From the NCBI GenBank assembly GCA_964594835.1, contig CAZQNA010000005.1, forward strand, positions 85,419 through 149,418: a stretch of DNA of 64,000 nucleotides, in the 5' to 3' direction. The stretch is from an uncultured Nitrososphaerota archaeon. GTDB lineage: Archaea; Korarchaeota; Korarchaeia; Korarchaeales; Korarchaeaceae. Positions 55,402 to 64,000 of this stretch are shown piece after piece; position 1 is the first letter of the stretch, and each line of letters begins with the position of its first letter. The position numbers and the translations under genes are program-made. A model generated the notes under the pieces. The model saw nothing but the letters and a program-made list of their open reading frames with translations, searched no databases and was not told where the DNA came from.

Positions 55402-56088
55402 TTATCGCGCCTCCCCGCCCTCCCTCCGCGAGGGGCACGCGTCTGCCACCGGGCACCTATCGCAGAGCGGGCGCGCCCTGCAAACCCTCCTGCCGAAGTC
55501 TATGAGGGCGAAGTGGGCCCGCATCCTCTCCCCCGGAGGGAAGACCTCCTCGAGCGCGCGCCTGATCTCGGAGTATCCCGCCCCCTCCCGGACCAGCCCG
55601 AGCCTCCTGGCGACCCTCCCCACGTGAACGTCCACCGGCAGGACGGGGTGCCCCAGGGCCATTAGGATGACGTCGGCCACCTTGTCTCCGATCCCGGGCA
55701 GGGACGTCAGCTCACTCCTGGCCTCCTCAAGGTCGCGATCCGCCAGGGAGGCGATCCCCGGCCCCCTCAGCTCCCACTCGGCCAGGGCCCTGACCGCCCG
55801 GGCCTTGGACCTGTACATCCCGGAGACCCGTATGGCGTCCTCAATCTCCTCCAGCGGGGCCTCGGCTATGTCCCGGGCCCCGCCGGGGAACCTCTCCATC
55901 AGCCTCTTCGCGGCCTCCCTCTCGAGCTTGGCCGTGGTCCTCGGCGAGACCGCTATGGTGACCGCGACCCAGAAGGGGGATAGCCCCTCCCTCCTCCACC
56001 AGGGCTCCCTCCCCGAGAAGAGCCTCACGATCTTCCGCAGGGCCTCGGCCGCCCTCGACCTCCACCCCGGCTCCCCGCGACGCGTCAC
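55402..56088 (-). CDS. nth: Endonuclease III / HhH-GPD glycosylase
   Basis: SGMYRSKA, LPGIGDKVA, PVDVHV.RV, CRARPLCDRCPVADAC; GTG start after GGAG. Confidence 0.88.
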   Translation of the reverse strand: MTRRGEPGWRSRAAEALRKIVRLFSGREPWWRREGLSPFWVAVTIAVSPRTTAKLEREAAKRLMERFPGGARDIAEAPLEEIEDAIRVSGMYRSKARAVRALAEWELRGPGIASLADRDLEEARSELTSLPGIGDKVADVILMALGHPVLPVDVHVGRVARRLGLVREGAGYSEIRRALEEVFPPGERMRAHFALIDFGRRVCRARPLCDRCPVADACPSRREGGEAR

Positions 56089-56140
56089 CTCCCGGCGGAG
56101 AGGGGGTAAGGAATTAACGCTTTCCGCGCCCGCCGCCGCG

Positions 56141-56872
56141 GTGCCCGGGCCGGGAGGCAGGGAGATCGTCATCGCGGCGACGGGGGACGTCCACTCCCCG
56201 CGGTACCTCTCCCAGTTCGTGGAGGCGGTGGAGAGGTTCCAGGGGCGCGCCGACCTGGTCCTCCTGGCCGGAGACATGGTCCTCCGGGGGGACGTGGGCG
56301 AGTTCGCCAGGGTGCTGGAACTCGTCGAGGGGCTCGGGTCCCCGATAGTGGCCGTGTTCGGGAACGAGGAGTTCGACGACTCCAAGGGGCCCCTGCTCGA
56401 GAGGTACGGGAACAGGGTCACGTGGCTGGACGATCAGGCGATCGAGCTGAGCGTCGCCGGGACGAGGCTGTGGATCGTCGGGAGCAGGGGCTCTCTGAGA
56501 AGGCCGACCTCCTGGCAGAGGAGAAACGTGCCCGGAATCGAGGAGATCTACAGGAGGAGGGTGGAGCTGATTGACGAGCTCCTGGCCAGGGCTGGAGACA
56601 GGCCCTCCATACTCCTGACCCACTACTCACCGACCTTCAAGACGCTGGTCGGTGAGGACAGGAGGATATGGCCCATGCTTGGCAACCCGTCTCTTGAGAG
56701 GGTCATTCGGAGGAGGAGGCCGTCCCTCGTGATACACGGTCACGCCCACCACGGGGCGAGGAGAGCCCAGGTCGACGGGATACCCGTGTACAACGTCTCT
56801 CTGCCCGTGTGGGGCGAGATCGTCAGGATCGGGCTGATCCCCGGGCCGAGGGGGCTCGAGCAATTTCTCTAG
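56141..56872 (+). CDS. Calcineurin-like metallophosphoesterase
   Basis: GDVH, AGD, FGNEE, THYSP, HGHAH. Confidence 0.88.
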   Translation: MPGPGGREIVIAATGDVHSPRYLSQFVEAVERFQGRADLVLLAGDMVLRGDVGEFARVLELVEGLGSPIVAVFGNEEFDDSKGPLLERYGNRVTWLDDQAIELSVAGTRLWIVGSRGSLRRPTSWQRRNVPGIEEIYRRRVELIDELLARAGDRPSILLTHYSPTFKTLVGEDRRIWPMLGNPSLERVIRRRRPSLVIHGHAHHGARRAQVDGIPVYNVSLPVWGEIVRIGLIPGPRGLEQFL

Positions 56873-57243
56873 CCGGGGGGCCATCTCCTGAGGGCCGACG
56901 ATACCACCCTCCTCGCGAGCTCGCACCACGACCTGAACTCCCCGGGATCGACCGTGTCGGCCGCGGGGCAGAAGTCGTCGAGGAGACACTCGCCGGTGTC
57001 CGCGTCTATCACGACGGGGTACGCCCTGCAGCCCGTCGGGCGACTCTCGTACACCCGACACCTCCCCCGCTCGTCCAGAAACACGCACCTGCCCCCGACG
57101 TTCCTCAGCCTGAGGGCGCCTCCCCTGAACTCGGCGAACTCCTCCACGTCGTACCCCAGGCTCGCCAGCCTGATCACGTCGTCCTCAGTGAGCGGCATCT
57201 CCGTCTCCAGGCAGCAGAGGTGGCATCCCGGGAGGCAGCGCAC
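56869..57243 (-). CDS. YkgJ family Cys-cluster protein
   Basis: C..GC..CC, CVFLD..CRVYESRPTGCRAYP. Confidence 0.85.
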   Translation of the reverse strand: MRCLPGCHLCCLETEMPLTEDDVIRLASLGYDVEEFAEFRGGALRLRNVGGRCVFLDERGRCRVYESRPTGCRAYPVVIDADTGECLLDDFCPAADTVDPGEFRSWCELARRVVSSALRRWPPG

Positions 57244-57302
57244 CTCCTCGGGGGCCCGACCTGAATTTATAACGCCGCCCGCCCCTCTAACCAGGTCAAC
57301 CC

Positions 57303-57932
57303 ATGCCCGACAGGGACGGGAGGCACAGGTTCCTGGCGTTCAACTTCGGATACAGCTCGACGCTCCTGCTCGCCATACTCTCCATACTCGGGGAGAGCCT
57401 GGGATCCTCCGACGAGGAGCTCACAGAGTACGTGCTCGACCACCTGTCGGTGGTCTCGGCCTCCTTCAGGGCCTTCGGAATGGACCTGCTGGGGGGTTGG
57501 GAGGCGGACTTCGTCGACGAGTTCAGGAAGAGGCTGGTGGCCGGGGAGGGTGACTGGATGGAGGGCCGCCTCGAGGCGCTGGATCGGACCATTCGAACCA
57601 CCAGGTGGGTCCTGTACCTCGAGATGGACCCGGAGGAGAGGGCCCTCTTCACGCTGGGGTCCAGCGTGGCCAAGGCCTCCCTAGCGTTCATGGCCGGGCT
57701 GACCGATGAGGCGGACGAGATGCTCCGAGACACCGCCGAGGAGCTCGTGGAGTCCGCCCGCAGGGTGAACCTCCCGGAGGAGGCCCTCAGGGACGTCGAG
57801 CGGCTGGCCCACATGCTGACCGTGGCCCCCTCCGAGGGGGGAGAGGACCCCGGAGACCTCACTGGGGCGGCCGCCAGGGTGTTCGGGGAGATCTTCGCCT
57901 GGCTGAGCAGGGCTCAGCCGGAGTGCGGGTGA
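57303..57932 (+). CDS. Hypothetical helical protein
   Basis: TTTATAA box about 30 nt upstream; coding-like composition. Confidence 0.6.
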   Translation: MPDRDGRHRFLAFNFGYSSTLLLAILSILGESLGSSDEELTEYVLDHLSVVSASFRAFGMDLLGGWEADFVDEFRKRLVAGEGDWMEGRLEALDRTIRTTRWVLYLEMDPEERALFTLGSSVAKASLAFMAGLTDEADEMLRDTAEELVESARRVNLPEEALRDVERLAHMLTVAPSEGGEDPGDLTGAAARVFGEIFAWLSRAQPECG

Positions 57933-57972
57933 TCTGCCGGGGGGTGTAGGCCTGAGCCTGGCCATCCTGTCT

Positions 57973-58329
57973 TTGTTCGAGGCCGTCAGGACTCTGGAGC
58001 TCGCGGGGGACAAGATCGACAGGAATGCCCTCCGCAGGGCTATAGAGGCCGCCTCTGAGGTCTACTGGTCCGGCGTCCCGCCTGAGGTCAGGGAGGGCAT
58101 GAGGGCGAGCTTCGAGGTGCTGGCGAGGGCCATAACCTCGCGGGAGATAACCATGGAGGAAGAGGAGGTGGCCATATTCGCGGCGAGAGAGCTTCTTGAG
58201 GCTGAGAGGGCCTTTGGAATAAGCAGGCCGGCGGTGATCAGGGCGATAGAGCGGGAGCTCAGGTCGTCTGGGCTGGACGGGCTGGCCGACCTCACCCTCG
58301 TCCTCCTCTCGGCCAAGCTCAGGACGTGA
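57973..58329 (+). CDS. Hypothetical protein
   Basis: Coding-like; operon position with 4-nt overlap downstream; the start may be an upstream CTG. Confidence 0.55.
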   Translation: MFEAVRTLELAGDKIDRNALRRAIEAASEVYWSGVPPEVREGMRASFEVLARAITSREITMEEEEVAIFAARELLEAERAFGISRPAVIRAIERELRSSGLDGLADLTLVLLSAKLRT

Positions 58330-59441
58330 CCCGCAACTTTTTTCTCTCATCCCGGAACCGGCTGGGAGGGCCGGATATAGAGGTCCAAGTCAGGGGGAGG
58401 TCAGTAGACCTAAGGTCGCTGGCGGATCAGCACGGGGTTGACATGGACTCCCCGATCAGGGATCGCTCAATCGAGCCGCCGGGGTTCAGGGTATACAGGC
58501 TGCGACTCCACGCTGACGGGGGGGTGGAGGTCTACCTCCTAGACAGCGCCGAGGCCCGCGAGATCGCCGCGTGGCCTCACGTTGTCCTGGGAGAACTCGA
58601 CAGGAGGTGCCTGTCCGTCGCTCGCGGGGGGGTCGAGCTCATCTCAAGGGTCGGGGTCCTCGAGGGCCAGCCGCTCATCCTCCACGTCTTGAGGGCTGGC
58701 CCCGGCTATCGGGTGGCTGACGCGTTTAGGGGGGCGGGCCTGACCCTCCGCGAGGCTTACGTCCGTCCGGAGTACGTCGTCACGTCTGAGAGGGACCACA
58801 CCGGTCAGTCCGTCAGGGAGGTGAGGGTCACGTTCTCGGAGTTCTCCGAGGTCCCCGAGGGCGCGGAGGTGACCCTGATCAAGCCTGACACGGAGGCCAC
58901 AGGCAGGACGGGGATCGTCTCTCTGGAGAGGGCCATGGAGGAGATTGAGGGGAGGTCCTCCCGCGTCAAGAACCTCGTACTCTACGGCTTCATAACAGAG
59001 GTCGGCCTGCGGAGGATTGCGGAGTTCGCCCTCTCCAGGGGGGTGGAGAGGATCGTGGCGGTCGCCCTCGTCGACCTCGCCGCCCTGGCCTCCAACGACT
59101 ACGACATGGTCCTCTACGGGCCGGACCTGCACGCGTGGGGGACGAGGCGGGAGCCGACGCTGCTGGGCGGAGTCGTGGGTCGCGAGACCTTCGCCGACAT
59201 GGTGGGGATGTACGTTCCCGGGCTCGATCAGCCCGGAGACTTCTCGGAGAGGCAGTCGGCGCTCTTTGACGGGGTGAGCTGGGCGCCTGGGAATGTCAGG
59301 GGTCACCTGAGGTCCGCCGAGGAAGCCATAAGGACCCTCCTCACCTTCCCGGGGCTCGAGGACTGGCAGAGGGAGATCGCCGAGGAGGAACTCGCCAGGA
59401 TCAGGGAGGTCGAGGTCAGGCTCTCGGGGCAAACCGTTTAA
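58326..59441 (+). CDS. Divergent type I phosphoribosyltransferase (UPRT-like)
   Basis: HVLRAG, LIKPDTEATGRT (PRPP-loop-like) and YVPGL..PGDFSER parallel the UPRT motifs. Confidence 0.6.
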   Translation: MTRNFFLSSRNRLGGPDIEVQVRGRSVDLRSLADQHGVDMDSPIRDRSIEPPGFRVYRLRLHADGGVEVYLLDSAEAREIAAWPHVVLGELDRRCLSVARGGVELISRVGVLEGQPLILHVLRAGPGYRVADAFRGAGLTLREAYVRPEYVVTSERDHTGQSVREVRVTFSEFSEVPEGAEVTLIKPDTEATGRTGIVSLERAMEEIEGRSSRVKNLVLYGFITEVGLRRIAEFALSRGVERIVAVALVDLAALASNDYDMVLYGPDLHAWGTRREPTLLGGVVGRETFADMVGMYVPGLDQPGDFSERQSALFDGVSWAPGNVRGHLRSAEEAIRTLLTFPGLEDWQREIAEEELARIREVEVRLSGQTV

Positions 59442-59472
59442 TTGCCGGTGGGTCAAGCGCTGAGGGTCTGAG

Positions 59473-60039
59473 CTGATACTGTCCGACTTGGAGATAAGAG
59501 AGGCCATGAGGTCAGGAGACATAAGGATAGAGCCCTTCGATCCGGACAGCGTCGGCCCCTGCTCCGTGGACCTCAGGCTGGACAGCCTGTTCAAGGTCTT
59601 CAGGGGAGACGGGGAGGTGGACCCCGCCAGGCTGGAGACCGTGGACAGGGGTGCCGAGCTGGTCGACACGGGCGGCGGGCCGTTCACGCTTCAACCAGGT
59701 CAGTTCGTCCTGGCGAGGACTGTGGAGAGAATAGCGCTCTCGAAGGGCCTCGCCGCCTTCCTAGAGGGGAGGAGCAGCGTGGCGAGGATGGGGGTCATAG
59801 TGCACGCTGCGGGCCTGGTGAACCCTGGGACCGGCCTGATCAAGCCCGTTCCGGTGGTCCTGGAGATATTCAACGAGAACGTCGTCCCCGTGAGGCTCTA
59901 CCCGGGGATGAGGATTGTCCAGATAATCTTCATCAGGCTCGGCAGGCCGGCATCCGCCGGGTACGACGAGAGGCCCTCGTCCAGGTTCGTCAACCAGGAG
60001 GAGCCGAGCCTCCTCTCTGGAAGGGGTGATCCGAACTGA
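59473..60039 (+). CDS. dcd: Second dCTP deaminase-family protein
   Basis: ILSD, SVDLRL, EGRSSVAR, AGLVNPG, LEI, GMRIVQ; probable CTG start. Confidence 0.8.
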   Translation: MILSDLEIREAMRSGDIRIEPFDPDSVGPCSVDLRLDSLFKVFRGDGEVDPARLETVDRGAELVDTGGGPFTLQPGQFVLARTVERIALSKGLAAFLEGRSSVARMGVIVHAAGLVNPGTGLIKPVPVVLEIFNENVVPVRLYPGMRIVQIIFIRLGRPASAGYDERPSSRFVNQEEPSLLSGRGDPN

Positions 60040-61088
60040 GGAAGCTGGAGCTGACCCTGCTGGCCTGCCTGTCCGCGATCGACCTGGCTACGGTGTTCGG
60101 GTACAGGCTTGGGTGGATCCACGTCAGCCCGCTGGCCCTGTTCGTCGCGTCCCTGGTGATCCTGGGGTGGCTCATCGCCAGGTCCTCCGAGGCCGCCGTC
60201 GTGTCGCTGGGGAAGTTCTCCGCCGCCGCGGGTGCTCCCCCCTACCTGACGGGAGTCCTCAGCTCCCTGGCGTCCAGCCTCCCTGAGATCGCGCTGACCC
60301 TCACGGCGATCATGTCGGGCGATCCGGAGGTCGTCGAGGTGGCCGTCCTCACGGTCATGATGAGCGTCGGGACCGCCACGGTGATAGTCTCCGCGACGGC
60401 CGCCGCGGCGTCCATAAAGTCCGGGAGGGGGATGGTGGAGGTTCCAAAGGAGGCCATGAGCGACGAGCTGAACGCCATAGCCTTCACCCTCACCGCGTAC
60501 CTGGCCCTCTCAATAGTCTCCATGGCCAGGCTCTTCTCCGGGCACTCCGACCACCTTCCGAGGAGCGTGGGCCCGATCCTCCTGACGGCCTACCTGTCCT
60601 ACGTGGTCATGCTGGCCTCCAGGTCGGGTGGGCGGCGGGAGGGGACCGGAGGCTCGGCCAGGCACCTGGCGGCCGCGCTGGCCGCGATGCTCCCCGTCTT
60701 CCTTTCGGCCGAGGTACTCGTCTACCTCGTCGAGGAGCTGACATCTCTGGGAGGGCTCGACGTGATCCACGCAGCGGCGGCCCTGGCGCTGGTGGGCACG
60801 GTCCCCGAGAACGGCGTCGCGATAATCTCCGCCGCCAAGGGAGACGTCGAGATAGGCCTAGGCAACGCCCTCAGCGGGGTGACCATACTCGCGCTGCTGG
60901 CGGTCGGCCTGGTGGCTACCGTGAGGCCCATACCCCTGGACGACTACGTAGTGGCCCAGATGGGCGTGACCACAGCCTCCGCCCTGATGCTCAAGTTCTC
61001 TGTCAGGGACGACGGCAAGATAGACCTCGGTGAGGCCATACTCATGGTCGCCCTGCAGGTCCTGGCCTTTGACCTGCTCCTGACCTGA
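60036..61088 (+). CDS. Ca2+/cation antiporter (CaCA family)
   Basis: Alpha-repeats SSLPE and GTVPEN..GNALSG; about 10 TM helices; probable CTG start overlapping the dcd stop. Confidence 0.85.
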   Translation: MRKLELTLLACLSAIDLATVFGYRLGWIHVSPLALFVASLVILGWLIARSSEAAVVSLGKFSAAAGAPPYLTGVLSSLASSLPEIALTLTAIMSGDPEVVEVAVLTVMMSVGTATVIVSATAAAASIKSGRGMVEVPKEAMSDELNAIAFTLTAYLALSIVSMARLFSGHSDHLPRSVGPILLTAYLSYVVMLASRSGGRREGTGGSARHLAAALAAMLPVFLSAEVLVYLVEELTSLGGLDVIHAAAALALVGTVPENGVAIISAAKGDVEIGLGNALSGVTILALLAVGLVATVRPIPLDDYVVAQMGVTTASALMLKFSVRDDGKIDLGEAILMVALQVLAFDLLLT

Positions 61089-61104
61089 AGGAAGACCCGA
61101 ACTC

Positions 61105-61797
61105 CTACCCGCGCCGCCCGAGCCCCAGCCTTAGCCTTACGACGGTGCTCAGGAAGCGGTATATGTCCCTGGCGGCCCTGATCTTGGACCTCTCCCCGGC
61201 GTATATCGTGCTGACGGGGACCTCGGCAAACCTCATCCCGGCCTCGGCCAGCCTCACCAGGGACTCCGTCTCCCCCTCGTACCCCGCCCCCTTCACCCGC
61301 AGCAGGACCTCGGCGGCCGCCCTCCCGTAGGCCCTGAACCCGCACTGCGAGTCCCTCACCCTGACCCCGAAGAGGGCCCTCAGGAGGCCCGTCGTGATCA
61401 GGTTCGAGAGCCTCCTGACTGCGGGCATCCCCTCCCGCGACCTGAACCCGAGGGCCACGTCCGCCCCCGATAGGGCCGCCAGGAGGTGGGGGATCTCCTC
61501 GGGGGGGTGCTGCCCGTCTGCGTCGAGGGTGACCACGACTTCGGCGCCCGCCCGGAGGGCCTCCTCGACGCCGTCCCGCAGCGCGGCCCACTTGCCCATG
61601 TTGACCGGGTGGACCAGGACCGAGGCCCCCGCCCCCCTGGCCTCTTGGGCCGTCCGGTCGGAGCTCCCGTCGTCTACCACTATCACGAGGTCGACGAAAT
61701 TCCTCGCCCTCGCGACGACGTCCCCGATCCTCCCCTCCTCGTTGTACGCCGGGATGACGGCCACGACCTTCCGGCGGACCTCCCGTTCGACGGACAA
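61105..61797 (-). CDS. GT2 glycosyltransferase (DPM synthase-like)
   Basis: VIPAYNEE, VDDGSSD, NMGKWAA, LDADGQH, DSQCGFRA. Confidence 0.9.
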   Translation of the reverse strand: MSVEREVRRKVVAVIPAYNEEGRIGDVVARARNFVDLVIVVDDGSSDRTAQEARGAGASVLVHPVNMGKWAALRDGVEEALRAGAEVVVTLDADGQHPPEEIPHLLAALSGADVALGFRSREGMPAVRRLSNLITTGLLRALFGVRVRDSQCGFRAYGRAAAEVLLRVKGAGYEGETESLVRLAEAGMRFAEVPVSTIYAGERSKIRAARDIYRFLSTVVRLRLGLGRRG

Positions 61798-61855
61798 GGG
61801 CCCCGGGCGCAGGGACCTCACCCGAAATATAATGTATGGGCGGGCCCGTCGCTGG

Positions 61856-62662
61856 ATGCCCACGCTCGCCGAGAGGTACGACGGATACCTGGTCGACCTC
61901 GACGGAGTCCTCTGGGCCGGGTCCAAGGTGTTCCCGGAGGCTGTCGGGGCGGTCAACAGGCTCCACTCGATGGGGAAGGCCGTGGTGTTCCTCACCAACA
62001 ACTCCACCAGGAGCAGGTCGCAGTACGTCCAGAGGCTCAGGTCCGTCGGCGTCGGGTGGGCGGAGGAGGGAGACGTGGTCAACAGTGGATACGCCACCTC
62101 CAGGTACCTCGTCGAGAGGTACGGGAGGCTGAGCGTCTTTCCGGTCGGGGACACCGGGCTGTGCGTGGAGCTGGTTCTTCAGGGCCACTCCCTGGTCTCC
62201 CAGGCCGACTGCTGGACCGCTGAGGTTGACGCGGTCGTCGTGGGCATGGACCCCTCGCTGACCTACTCCAAGCTGGGGGCCGCGGCCGAGGCGATAAGGA
62301 GGGGAGCCCTGTTCGTCGCCACAAACCCGGACAAGACCTTCCCCACCGAGAGGGGGCTGATGCCAGGGGCCGGAACCATGCTCGCGGCCCTGGAGGCCGC
62401 GTCCGGGAGGGAGCCCGAGATAAACGTGGGGAAGCCCCACAGGCCCATCTTCGAGGTCGCCCTTCAGGCCCTGGGCGTGGAGCCGGAGAGGGTGCTGGTG
62501 ATCGGAGACAGGCTCGACACAGACGTCGCGGGGGCCAGGGCCGTGGGGCTCGACTCAGCGCTGGTGCTCACCGGCGTCGCTGGCGAGGGAGACCTGAAGG
62601 GCGCCCGTGAGAGGCCGAATCACGTCCTGAGAACCCTAGGCGACCTGTTCTCTCTACCCTGA
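61856..62662 (+). CDS. HAD-IIA (NagD-like) phosphatase
   Basis: DLDGVL, LTNNS, ATNPD, GKP, GDRLDTD, VLTG. Confidence 0.92.
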   Translation: MPTLAERYDGYLVDLDGVLWAGSKVFPEAVGAVNRLHSMGKAVVFLTNNSTRSRSQYVQRLRSVGVGWAEEGDVVNSGYATSRYLVERYGRLSVFPVGDTGLCVELVLQGHSLVSQADCWTAEVDAVVVGMDPSLTYSKLGAAAEAIRRGALFVATNPDKTFPTERGLMPGAGTMLAALEAASGREPEINVGKPHRPIFEVALQALGVEPERVLVIGDRLDTDVAGARAVGLDSALVLTGVAGEGDLKGARERPNHVLRTLGDLFSLP

Positions 62663-62673
62663 CGTCGGTCTCC

Positions 62674-63669
62674 TCAGGGGGCGTGGAAGGTCCCGACGAC
62701 GGAGGCCTCGGAGGGCTGCACCGAGCCGTCGGAGTTCAAGTCCTCCCACAGGAGGACGATGCCGGTGTCCGGGCCCAGGCTGCCCACGTTCTCGCTCAGC
62801 CAGACCAGGGCGGCCCAGGTCCCGTACCTCGTGCATCCCATCGCCCCCGCCACGTACCTCATCCTCTCTCGATAGGTGAAGACGACCGCGTAGTCCCTCT
62901 TTGCCCAGTCAGAGCCCGAGACTGAGTAGGTCTGGTCCAGAGGCCTGACCTCCATCATTATCGTCCCGCCGGCCTTCGAGAAGTAGACCCCCATGTGCGA
63001 CGCTGCCGCCTTGGCGGGGTTTATCACGGCCTGCCCCGCGTGCGCGAAGGGACCACCGACGACCACGTACGAGGCCTTCTCTGGGAGGGATCTCACCACT
63101 GCCCCTCCCATCGACGCCGAGAACTGCTCCGCGCGCTGCTCGTCGACGTCGGACCCCACGAGGAGGTAGGGGTACCTCCCCGTCCCCCCGAGGACTCCCC
63201 CCAGCATGGAGCAGAGGGTCTCACCCCCGGGGCTGCCCTGCTGGGCCAGGACCACCTTGGAGGAGGAGTCCAGGACGAACCACGTCGGGGTCGCCCTCAG
63301 CTGGAAGGCCCCCACCAGCTCGCTGGTCCCGTCGGCGTACTTCCAGCCCTCCGCCCCCACGGAGAGGAACAGCTCGTAGTCGGCGTTGGGGTCTCCGCTG
63401 ACGCCCACGGCAACTACGACGTAGTTCAGGGGGGTCCTGCAGGCCTTGAGGGCCTGGGCCATCCTGGGAAGGTCGGTCCTGCAGTGGGGGCAGTTGTGCT
63501 GGAAGAAGACGAGGACGACGGCGTCCCACCCCAGGTCCTCCGATGATATGTGGGTCCCGTCCCTGGTCGTGAGCGAGAAGTCGACCTTCTGACCCACGCT
63601 AGGCAGGGCCGACAGGGCGGCGGCCTGGATGAGCACCAGCGCCACGAGCGCCGCGGCCGAGGATCGCAT
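62674..63669 (-). CDS. Exported TlpA/ResA-like thioredoxin with S-layer-like C-terminal domain
   Basis: Signal peptide, FFQHNCPHC, ATPT, then VGGPFAH..GCTRYGT..WEDLNSDG. Confidence 0.8.
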   Translation of the reverse strand: MRSSAAALVALVLIQAAALSALPSVGQKVDFSLTTRDGTHISSEDLGWDAVVLVFFQHNCPHCRTDLPRMAQALKACRTPLNYVVVAVGVSGDPNADYELFLSVGAEGWKYADGTSELVGAFQLRATPTWFVLDSSSKVVLAQQGSPGGETLCSMLGGVLGGTGRYPYLLVGSDVDEQRAEQFSASMGGAVVRSLPEKASYVVVGGPFAHAGQAVINPAKAAASHMGVYFSKAGGTIMMEVRPLDQTYSVSGSDWAKRDYAVVFTYRERMRYVAGAMGCTRYGTWAALVWLSENVGSLGPDTGIVLLWEDLNSDGSVQPSEASVVGTFHAP

Positions 63670-63750
63670 CGGGTCTGGCGGCTCCCCCCTGTATTTAACG
63701 TGTCGCGGTCTCCGGTCGAATCGGATCCCGGAGGAGGTGCGCGCCCCGAC

Positions 63751-64000
63751 TTGGACCCGAGCGGGCGGAGCGTAGTCGTGAGGCCGGTCTTCGCCAGGTC
63801 GGCCCTCACCCGCAGCAGGATAGAGGGGATAGACTACGCCGTCAATCCGTACTACGGCTGCCTGCACGGGTGCAGGTACTGCTACGCCGCGTGGATCACC
63901 AGGAGGAGGTTCCCCGATCACGTCTGGGGGCTCCACGTGCACCCGAAGGTCAACGTCCACCGACTCCTGGACAGGGAGCTCTCCTCGGCCAGGCCGGGGC
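63751..64000 (+). CDS. Radical SAM protein, spore photoproduct lyase-like (truncated by window end)
   Basis: TTG63751 frame reads ...DYAVNPYYGCLHGCRYCYA; not present in the ORF track. Confidence 0.85.
   Translation, partial: MDPSGRSVVVRPVFARSALTRSRIEGIDYAVNPYYGCLHGCRYCYAAWITRRRFPDHVWGLHVHPKVNVHRLLDRELSSARPG

Noticed and set aside
1-64000. CRISPR arrays, tRNAs, rRNAs, SRP/RNase P RNA, IS elements
   Set aside because: No regularly spaced repeats, cloverleaf or signature motifs, or transposase ORFs recognised by eye; a tRNAscan/Infernal run would be needed to exclude them fully

Overview
High-GC, thermophile-like archaeal chromosome segment. Archaeal evidence: TATA/BRE promoters, GGAGG/GGTGA ribosome-binding sites, archaeal-type MAT, XPD, four-subunit POR, PDO and a box C/D sRNA. 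A Korarchaeota-like host is plausible but cannot be proven from this window. About 55 genes, densely packed; most long ORFs in the supplied track are GC-driven shadow frames. Two accessory blocks stand out. (1) 1-12.5 kb: a cell-surface locus with a 3120-aa multidomain adhesin-like protein ending in a cytoplasmic PIN-like domain, two further membrane-anchored surface proteins (one sharing a YNLxDxFxVGVDP motif with the giant) and two membrane-anchored winged-HTH proteins. (2) 36.6-45.5 kb: a complete bacterial-type galactitol-family PTS (EI, HPr, IIA, IIB, IIC) wrapped around rpe and an E1alpha/E1beta/E2 TPP/lipoyl complex, with no polyol dehydrogenase or E3, which suggests an undescribed sugar-phosphate cleavage route. 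Other notable items: a box C/D guide RNA upstream of serS, a catalytically dead threonine synthase-PadR fusion, a LysW-like protein with a repeated acidic-Trp tail, a divergent UPRT-like/dcd pair, a decayed molybdopterin oxidoreductase, probable CTG start codons, and a C-terminal domain shared by two exported proteins. No tRNA, rRNA, CRISPR array or IS element was recognised.
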